Shown here: piece by piece, positions 57,060-64,000 of the stretch
Layout: every line of letters starts with the position of its first letter
How positions within the stretch are numbered: the stretch's first letter is position 1
Origin: a virus
DNA: 64,000 bases
IMG/VR virus record: IMGVR_UViG_3300009103_000003
Location: 117,200-181,199 of that record
Reading direction: 5' to 3' (one strand)
Program-made: the position numbers and the translations under genes
The notes under the pieces: generated by a model
What the model saw: only the letters and a program-made list of their open reading frames with translations
Database searches by the model: none
Told to the model about the DNA's origin: nothing

Positions 57060-60000
57060 ATGCCAATTACCAGTACTGAGGTCAGTAACATTATCCAATC
57101 CCAAGTTGGGATGTTCAGTGCCTCCGCAGCTTATGCTCACGCAGTTTCTGCCCAATACGGTTATCAAAGCCACGGCGGTATGGGAGTAAACGACCCACGC
57201 TCCGGGATGTACCAAGCCCAACAAGGATTACAGGCTGGAGCCATGGGCGGCATGTTAGCCAAAGCTCCCGGTATGGCTATGGGTGGTTTGGGCATGATGT
57301 CCATGTTTGGGATGGGGCCTCGCGCTTTGGACCCCTTCACCATGACCATGCACATGGGAGCACAAGGTTTCGCCCGACAAGGGCTGGCAGGTGCCATTGG
57401 TATGGGCGCAGCTACTTTCGGAACATACGCTGGCTTAGGTGCTATGGGTAATTGGGCCACAGGCCATATGGTTGGTGGTGCCCAAAATCGCGGAATGCTC
57501 AATTCCCAAATGGGACAAATGTTTCCCGGCATGAATGCACAAGGATTGGGGATGATGTCCCAACAGGTGGAATCCCAAGCCCGCATGGGTATGGGCAACC
57601 TCCGAGAAATCACATCAGTCATGCAACAAGGAGTTAGTAGCGGAGCAATCGACTCAAGCACGCTCTCAAGATTTTCCCAGTCCTTCAATAAACTAATGAG
57701 CAATGTTCGTCAGGTAGCAACCGTGATGAACACATCCCTACAACAAGCACAGTCAGCTATGCAGGCCGTTAGTGGTATGGGCATCTCATCAGACCAAGCA
57801 GCAGGGTTCCTAGGGACCATGAAAGGTATTGGGCAGGCTACCCATATCTCCCCACAACAAATGATGGGGGTAGCACAAGCAGGTGCCAACTTCGGACAAG
57901 CCGCTGGCATTGATATGGGCCAAGCAGCTACCGGAGCTATGGTTAGTGCAGGTGTCTATGGGTATACGGAACGTAATAAACTCATTAAAGGTATCACTGG
58001 TGCAGCGCAGGGTAGATATACACAAGCAGCCACGAGATTCCTAGGGTCTAGACGCGGTCAAACAGTTTTAGGGGCGATGATGACCTCTGGCGGCGAGTTT
58101 GACATGGATGCGGCGCGGCAAATTGCTAGTGGGACCATGAATTGGAAGGATATTAAGTCTGCATATGCGGCTAATATCACTGGTGCGTCTCAAAGGGACA
58201 TGCTTCGTGCTCGTGGGGGAGAGCTTGCGGGCCAATTCATTTCTGAGTTTGGGCCACAATCAATCTCCGGTGCGTTGGGATCGCTGCGGGACCAAAGTTC
58301 GAACCCGGAGTCATTGGCTCGGTCTCTTACGGGGCTCAATCGAAATGACCTCCGAGCCATGGACATGCTCGCGTCTAATACGGGACAGCTTCGATCCAAG
58401 ATGTTGGCCGAAGCACGAGCCGGTTTCCAAGAAGGCCAAGGCCGGATGGGAATTGGTGATGTCATGTCCAAAGCGATGGACACACTCACCAAACCAATCC
58501 GTGAGAAATTCCAAAAGCTTGGGGCCAACCTAACTCAATACACTCAAGAAGCACTCGAAGATGTAACGAACCAATTTGTTCGTGGTGGCAATATAGGCGG
58601 TAGCCCGCAAGGGATGCACCAAGCCGCGATGGACATTACTCGGTTTCACGCAACCGGTAACACCGAAGCGCTTCGAGATATGCAGATGCGCGGAGACTAC
58701 ATCGGAGGCTTTTCCGGTGCGTCAACCCAATGGGGCGGACAAGGCGCGGCTCGTGGTTGGGCCGGACAATTTGCAAGAGACTTCACCCCTATGGGGATGC
58801 AAATAGGTAACTTGTCAGCAGGCACTCAATTTGGCGAACTTCCAATGGGTGGGCTAGGACTATCCCAATTTCAACCAGGACAATCCGCATTTGCCTTCGG
58901 CTCTGCTGCTCGAATCTTCCCTGGTGGGAGAAATGCACTTGGTGCTGGCGGCGCGTTGATGAGCAACATTGGTCAACGCATAACTGGTGGCGGACCTCAT
59001 GGGTACACCGGTCTTTTTGGCGGACGAGGATCTGGCCCATTAGGCATGGGTGGTTTTGGTCCGATATCTGGAACGGGCCGATTAGCGGGTGGGTCCCTTC
59101 GTGTTGGCGGGTTTATGTCTCGCGGCCTGGGAGCAGTACTTGGTGGTTTGGGAACACCATTAATGGCTTACGATATGATTACCAACTCTGGCCCAGAGGC
59201 AATGCGTCAGTTTGGGATGGCAGGAATATCTGATGGAGCCATTACTGGTAATAATGCAAGACTGCTTGAGTCATTGACACAGTCTGGGATTTTGCCCGAA
59301 GACTCAATTCAAAGAATGAATGTTGGTGCCCAACAGAGTGGCGGGCTTGACGCTGCGGGAGCGGCGACGCTTGGGCTTACCCCAATTGGTGGAACCTTCC
59401 AACATGGGGAAGGCGGCATGGGCGGGTCACAAGGGTTTCTCACCAAGGGAGGGAGATCTGCGACCGAGAAGCTTTTGTCAAAAATGGGGGGAGACCACAG
59501 CACAATGATTTCCCGCCTAGGTGGTGACGCCAAAGTAAAGGCCGTCATAAGCAGACTTGCTGCTGAGCATAAAGATAATAAGAGTGACTACGAATTGATG
59601 AATGCCTTCATCAAAGAGACTGGAGCCACAAAAGAAGAGGCGTATATTCTTCTTGGGACACACAATAATGGTGCTGATGGTGGTGCGTTCAAAAACGAAC
59701 TTAAGCAGAAGTTTGACCTAACGCAGAAATATTCAGGAGACCCACAAGGCGCACGTCAACATTCTGTTGATGTAATCAAGAGGCGTGTAGGCCGATCCCT
59801 TGCTTGGCAGCTAGGGAATAAAGACATGTCCAAAAAGGAAAGAAAGGAACTCGCAAAGCAGCTTCTTGGTGAAAAGTCTGAAGCGTCCGGGCTGCTAGAA
59901 GACTTCGCTGGGGCTAACAACATGACTATGTATGAGGCGAGGAAAAAGCTTACAAGAGTTCAAGATGATGGTGTTCTGCTTGCGGGAGCGGATAAAGGTG

Positions 60001-61178
60001 GCAGTGGCCTGACAGACAGCGACAGTCATCGCTTTACTGATATGAAGCAAACCAAAATTGCCGCTCTTACCCAGACAGCTATGGAGAGTATGGGCCCGCA
60101 GTTTGGGTCAATTATTAGTGACGCACGAAAGAGGCTCCACACAGGAGAAAACAGGAATGAGGTCATCTCATCAGTGATGGCGCAAATGCCTGGACTTCAC
60201 CAACAATCCAGGGACATCGGAAAGCTGGGCAAGGGTGGTGTATCTCCCAAGGATGTAGTTGGTGCTTGGCTTGACGACACTGCTGGCTCATTTGGCGGCA
60301 AGACAGCGATTTCACAAGGTATCTCTATTACTGCTGAGCATGATGTAACTCGTTATGAAAATGTAAAGAACGAGATTCAACGTATTCGAAGGGGCCACAG
60401 AGATGAGTCTCCGACAGCACAACAAGGTCTCCGGATCTCTGCTATGCGAGGTGGCTACGCAAACCTAAATCAGTTCAGAGATATACATGAGAAATTCAAG
60501 AAAGGGCTCGGGACTGTCTCTGAAGATGGGAAGACCGTAACTACGGAAGACTTTGAAACTGGCGCGATGCAGGACTTTGCCAGAAGTCTTATGGGGGATA
60601 ACCGTGAATTAGCCACTAATATGCAGGGCGGGAGACTAGGAAAGCTCACTACTTCTTTAGCAAAGGGCGATTCTGCGGTTGAGCGAAGAATGACGCATGT
60701 AGCCGCCTCTGTGGATTATTACACCAAGCAATGGGAGAACAGTGATAAGTCCCCGCACAAGTTTTTAGCTAAAATCACTCACGATCCAAGCTTTAATAAG
60801 CTGACTAAGCGGGAGCAGGCTTATTTAGCAGGCACAGACAAGACAGGGCTCACTACTAGGCTTGAAGGGATGCTCCAAGACAGCGCTAGAGATATGTTAG
60901 TGGCCTCTGGACGCAAACCCACTAATTCTGAGGTCGAACAACTCGCTGATAAGCTTGTTAAGGGCTCTGAAACTTCGGGTGGGGACGGTTATGACTTCAA
61001 AGACTTGGTTACAGACCTGTCTTCGACCACTACGCCGATTCGACCGGGAACAAACAGGGGTGGCAGCGGTGCTGGGGCCCATGAATCAGTCCAAAATGTT
61101 GTTAGCGCTCTTGATGGGTTAGCCTCAAAACTCAACAGCTTCTCGGTTCCGGGCCAAAACATGTCGTATTCCCGATGA
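57060..61178 (+). CDS. Large Gly/Met/Gln-rich tape-measure-like virion protein
   Basis: 1372 aa; low-complexity helical N-terminal half; located in the structural-type plus-strand block. Confidence 0.5.
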   Translation: MPITSTEVSNIIQSQVGMFSASAAYAHAVSAQYGYQSHGGMGVNDPRSGMYQAQQGLQAGAMGGMLAKAPGMAMGGLGMMSMFGMGPRALDPFTMTMHMGAQGFARQGLAGAIGMGAATFGTYAGLGAMGNWATGHMVGGAQNRGMLNSQMGQMFPGMNAQGLGMMSQQVESQARMGMGNLREITSVMQQGVSSGAIDSSTLSRFSQSFNKLMSNVRQVATVMNTSLQQAQSAMQAVSGMGISSDQAAGFLGTMKGIGQATHISPQQMMGVAQAGANFGQAAGIDMGQAATGAMVSAGVYGYTERNKLIKGITGAAQGRYTQAATRFLGSRRGQTVLGAMMTSGGEFDMDAARQIASGTMNWKDIKSAYAANITGASQRDMLRARGGELAGQFISEFGPQSISGALGSLRDQSSNPESLARSLTGLNRNDLRAMDMLASNTGQLRSKMLAEARAGFQEGQGRMGIGDVMSKAMDTLTKPIREKFQKLGANLTQYTQEALEDVTNQFVRGGNIGGSPQGMHQAAMDITRFHATGNTEALRDMQMRGDYIGGFSGASTQWGGQGAARGWAGQFARDFTPMGMQIGNLSAGTQFGELPMGGLGLSQFQPGQSAFAFGSAARIFPGGRNALGAGGALMSNIGQRITGGGPHGYTGLFGGRGSGPLGMGGFGPISGTGRLAGGSLRVGGFMSRGLGAVLGGLGTPLMAYDMITNSGPEAMRQFGMAGISDGAITGNNARLLESLTQSGILPEDSIQRMNVGAQQSGGLDAAGAATLGLTPIGGTFQHGEGGMGGSQGFLTKGGRSATEKLLSKMGGDHSTMISRLGGDAKVKAVISRLAAEHKDNKSDYELMNAFIKETGATKEEAYILLGTHNNGADGGAFKNELKQKFDLTQKYSGDPQGARQHSVDVIKRRVGRSLAWQLGNKDMSKKERKELAKQLLGEKSEASGLLEDFAGANNMTMYEARKKLTRVQDDGVLLAGADKGGSGLTDSDSHRFTDMKQTKIAALTQTAMESMGPQFGSIISDARKRLHTGENRNEVISSVMAQMPGLHQQSRDIGKLGKGGVSPKDVVGAWLDDTAGSFGGKTAISQGISITAEHDVTRYENVKNEIQRIRRGHRDESPTAQQGLRISAMRGGYANLNQFRDIHEKFKKGLGTVSEDGKTVTTEDFETGAMQDFARSLMGDNRELATNMQGGRLGKLTTSLAKGDSAVERRMTHVAASVDYYTKQWENSDKSPHKFLAKITHDPSFNKLTKREQAYLAGTDKTGLTTRLEGMLQDSARDMLVASGRKPTNSEVEQLADKLVKGSETSGGDGYDFKDLVTDLSSTTTPIRPGTNRGGSGAGAHESVQNVVSALDGLASKLNSFSVPGQNMSYSR

Positions 61179-61232
61179 GTACTCGAAATTATACATATTA
61201 CTTGATAATATCCCTGCGTAAGGAAGCAAACT

Positions 61233-61649
61233 ATGCCGATACCCTTTAATCCCATAACCGTATTTGGTCAGTACACCGGGGGTTCACCCAATCTGCCTCT
61301 CATGAAGGATAGCACCTTCATGCAGACACATGATTCTGGCCAAACCACTGAGTATTCGTCCATCGGGCCCCATATTAATGAGGTCTTTACAACCTACTCA
61401 TATAACCAAGCAACGCACCATATCCGCTTCCTCGCGTTTGTTTCTCCTGATATCCTCGTTGTGCACCAGTCCAAAGTGGCTGGTTTTTATCGTGTGGTGA
61501 GTGCCAACAGGAAGTTAGACCCCATTGCCAGGGATGTAAAAGATCAGATATTGAAAGATACAAACATGCGTATTACAAGCTCAACCACAAGTAAGGCTTT
61601 GCCAAGTGGGACCGCTTTGTTAACGTCCTCTGTATCAGGCGGGTATTAA
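61233..61649 (+). CDS. Hypothetical protein
   Basis: 138-aa ORF. Confidence 0.65.
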   Translation: MPIPFNPITVFGQYTGGSPNLPLMKDSTFMQTHDSGQTTEYSSIGPHINEVFTTYSYNQATHHIRFLAFVSPDILVVHQSKVAGFYRVVSANRKLDPIARDVKDQILKDTNMRITSSTTSKALPSGTALLTSSVSGGY

Positions 61650-61650
61650 T

Positions 61651-61857
61651 ATGGACTTATTGGTCGCTACTAAAAAGAAGTATGAAGCTAAAATTGCTGA
61701 GGCAGAAGCTATTACTAGGTTATACATAACGAAGCCTGTAGCCGTGGCGGACCATAGTGAGATTCTATGTGAGATAGACAGATGGCTAGGGGTTCTTGCG
61801 GAGAGCAAAGATAGGCTGTCGGCCTTGAATGCGCTTTCTCTGCCAGAGGATGAGTAA
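61651..61857 (+). CDS. Conserved small phage protein
   Basis: VAVADHSEILCEIDRWL...DRL pattern. Confidence 0.6.
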   Translation: MDLLVATKKKYEAKIAEAEAITRLYITKPVAVADHSEILCEIDRWLGVLAESKDRLSALNALSLPEDE

Positions 61858-61919
61858 TGCATGCACTAGAAAAACACGCATCAAAAAAGAAGGCACTCGA
61901 AGCCGCACCCCCTAACTAA
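61857..61919 (+). pseudogene. 20-codon relic paralog of the next gene's N-terminus
   Basis: MHALEKHASKKKALEAAPPN versus MNSLEKYAAKQLLIEKLAA; TAATG coupled. Confidence 0.45.
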
Positions 61920-61936
61920 ATAGGAAGAACATTATT

Positions 61937-62341
61937 ATGAACTCATTAGAGAAATACGCTGCTAAGCAGTTACTGATTGAAAAACTTGCCGCTGTTGGTG
62001 CGGGACTAGCTCTCATGAAAGGGATGGGCCGAGCCATTGGCGTAGGAGGCGGTCGCGGCGTTAAAGCGCTTGGCGCGGGCCTGAAAAACACTGCTGGGGG
62101 TGCAAAAGCAGGTTGGCGAGGTGTTGACTGGAAGAACCTGGCGAATAGGAGCGCCCCATTATTCCGTGCTGGAAATCGTGGTGGTCAATTCGCTCGTAGA
62201 GTCACAAAGGTTATGGCGTCTAAGCCCGTGTTGGCTGCTGGAAGTGCCGCTGCTGGCTGGGAAGGCAAGAAGGCTTGGGATAAGCACAAGGTAGGTCCTA
62301 GACTGAATGCCGCTGTTAAGGCGTTCAAAGGGGTTAAGTAG
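61937..62341 (+). CDS. Basic Gly/Ala/Lys-rich protein, EKxA motif family
   Basis: MNSLEKYAAKQLLIEKLAA N-terminus. Confidence 0.7.
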   Translation: MNSLEKYAAKQLLIEKLAAVGAGLALMKGMGRAIGVGGGRGVKALGAGLKNTAGGAKAGWRGVDWKNLANRSAPLFRAGNRGGQFARRVTKVMASKPVLAAGSAAAGWEGKKAWDKHKVGPRLNAAVKAFKGVK

Positions 62342-62342
62342 A

Positions 62343-63329
62343 ATGGGATTATTATCACTAATAGGTGAGCCCATTACGAAGCTGGCGTCGTCTCCAAAGA
62401 GTTCCTCACGACCCGGTGCGCCCACTAACTTACCTGTTGGTGCTCGTGTGCCGAAGCACTTACTTACCAAGCTCAAGCCTGGGCAAAAGCAACCCGTGTT
62501 TGTCCCCATCACAGATCCAAATGATGGCCGCATCTTTTCGCACAAGGAAAGAGAGCTTCAACAATCCATACCTAAGCACCTGCGTGGCCCAAGCTGGAAA
62601 GATACTGAGCATCCCAAAGAGATGCCCGGAATGCCAGATGGCCCAATGTTAAAGCAGCCTAGTGACAAAAAGTACTGGAAGGGCGCTCCCCTTACACATC
62701 CTATGCCACCGGCTTGGCTTCGGAAACTGCATAAACAGGGCTCCGTAACATCCTCTAGTTTTCTTACTCCTGGGGCGAAGAAGCTTTTATTGAAAGAGGC
62801 TATGTATGGCGACCCAAGTGTGGGAGCAGCCCTAGAGAAAATGGCTCGCCAGATTACGGGAATGTCTTATGACCCGAACAATGCGAACATCCGAATGCTG
62901 AAGAAAACATACGGAGCGGACTGGAAGAAGGTTCTTGCACAGCGCAAGGGTGTTGATGTTGGGTCTATTGTCGAGAAAGGAATGCCAATACCTTCTGGTA
63001 TGCGGATAGCTAATACGCTTCCTGGACCCGGAGAGAAGATCGCGTCAACCCCAGCAAACCCTCTTGTTTTTGCGATGAGTCATGGCTCTGCAAAACCAAA
63101 CCCAAAGACAGGTAAGACGGAGTTGGTAAAGGGCCATTATTTGAACAAGAAGCCAGTAACGCCCTATGTTCCGCCTGCTGGTCACGCAGGGGGCTCAGCA
63201 TCTTATACGGGTCTGCTCGGGCAAGCCTCTAAGGGGGCCGCAAACAGAGCAACCCCGTTTGGGCCAAAGAACCCAGCACACGTGAGACCCAAAAGTATCC
63301 CAGCGCCCTCAGTTTTAGGGCCAAAATAG
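62343..63329 (+). CDS. Basic Pro/Lys-rich protein with EKxA motifs
   Basis: ALEKMAR, GEKIAS, LLKEAM. Confidence 0.65.
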   Translation: MGLLSLIGEPITKLASSPKSSSRPGAPTNLPVGARVPKHLLTKLKPGQKQPVFVPITDPNDGRIFSHKERELQQSIPKHLRGPSWKDTEHPKEMPGMPDGPMLKQPSDKKYWKGAPLTHPMPPAWLRKLHKQGSVTSSSFLTPGAKKLLLKEAMYGDPSVGAALEKMARQITGMSYDPNNANIRMLKKTYGADWKKVLAQRKGVDVGSIVEKGMPIPSGMRIANTLPGPGEKIASTPANPLVFAMSHGSAKPNPKTGKTELVKGHYLNKKPVTPYVPPAGHAGGSASYTGLLGQASKGAANRATPFGPKNPAHVRPKSIPAPSVLGPK

Positions 63330-63344
63330 GGGTGAAGGTTAGTC

Positions 63345-64000
63345 ATGCCTATTGACCAACAAATATTAGCAGCTATGCGGGACGAGCTTGAGAAGATAGC
63401 TGTCGCGAAGATTGTGGATAGGTATGTCCAAGAAGTTGTAGAGAACTCCGACCTAGAGAAGGTAGCTTACTCTGCGGGAGGAATCGAAATCGGCAGGGGC
63501 AAAAGAAAGACTTTGCACGATATGGCTGCATCAGGGGACACACGCTTTAAGGTAAAAAGCCTGAGCAGCCCAAAGGCCCGCTTCGACGCGATTGCGAAAA
63601 AACATCGCACTCAACCTGCGCGGATGGCTGCGCGTGAAGCAGAATGGGCTAAGGCCAGGGCTGACTTGGCCAAGACCAAACCCCCTGGCGGAAAAGGTAT
63701 AACCTCCGCTCCTGGCGCGAAAGTAAAGCCCGTGACTAACGCGGCTGGAACTGGTGCAGCCGCAGTAAAACCGGTCGCCAAGCCTATGGGGACTGCGGTT
63801 AAGACTCCCCCAGCAGCACCACTCAAAGTAACTCCGAAGAAACCTGCGTTGGTCCCACCATTATCTAGTAGGACTGGAGCTAAACCTGCGTTGGTCCCAC
63901 CATTATCTAGTAGAACTGGAGCTAAACCTGCGTTGATACCACCAACAACTAGTAGAACTGGTGTTAAGCCCTCATTGGTCCCACCCAAAGGAACCACTAC
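63345..64000 (+). CDS. Basic low-complexity protein, EKxA family (partial, runs off the window end)
   Basis: Hand-translated MPIDQQILAAMRDELEKIAVAK...DLEKVAYS...; open to position 64000. Confidence 0.75.
   Translation, partial: MPIDQQILAAMRDELEKIAVAKIVDRYVQEVVENSDLEKVAYSAGGIEIGRGKRKTLHDMAASGDTRFKVKSLSSPKARFDAIAKKHRTQPARMAAREAEWAKARADLAKTKPPGGKGITSAPGAKVKPVTNAAGTGAAAVKPVAKPMGTAVKTPPAAPLKVTPKKPALVPPLSSRTGAKPALVPPLSSRTGAKPALIPPTTSRTGVKPSLVPPKGTT
63840..64000 (+). repeat. 42-bp coding tandem repeat (KPALVPPLSSRTGA), about 3.8 copies
   Basis: Units start at 63840, 63882, 63924 and 63966; the first two differ at 1 nt. Confidence 0.9.

Noticed and set aside
63611-63997. Minus-strand repeat ORF in the track
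   Set aside because: Antisense of the plus-strand EKxA-family gene starting at 63345, which the track omitted because it has no stop in the window.

Overview
Fragment of a large (jumbo or huge-type) bacteriophage genome in the standard genetic code. Evidence: dense Shine-Dalgarno-led operons, arrays of small hypothetical genes, four tRNA genes, class II ribonucleotide reductase, endolysin-type amidase, lytic transglycosylase, a tail-chaperone-like gene pair with a -1 frameshift signal, a tape-measure-like protein, and no cellular housekeeping genes. A vWA lipoprotein with myxobacterial-type Cys-rich repeats hints at a Myxococcota or deltaproteobacterial host (inference). Main points of interest: (1) a complete phage-encoded ubiquitin-like conjugation operon (Ubl ending GG-RQ, E2-like with Zn-rich tail, JAB peptidase, E1/ThiF; 4256-7662, minus) next to a Ycf46-like AAA+ ATPase and ParB, plus a separate mini JAB-motif gene 48 kb away; (2) a 95-nt tRNA-Ile with two tandem anticodon arms (UAU and GAU); (3) a TROVE/Ro60 gene followed by four stem-closed structured modules (Y-RNA-like candidates); (4) a ~430-nt ORF-poor structured RNA candidate; (5) repeated regulatory motifs (TGACA-N10-TGTCA, GGTATAAG, a covarying hairpin element); (6) a family of basic low-complexity proteins sharing an (E)KxA motif. 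All family assignments come from motif recognition by eye; no searches or folding programs were run. Many start codons were moved to the SD-supported ATG.
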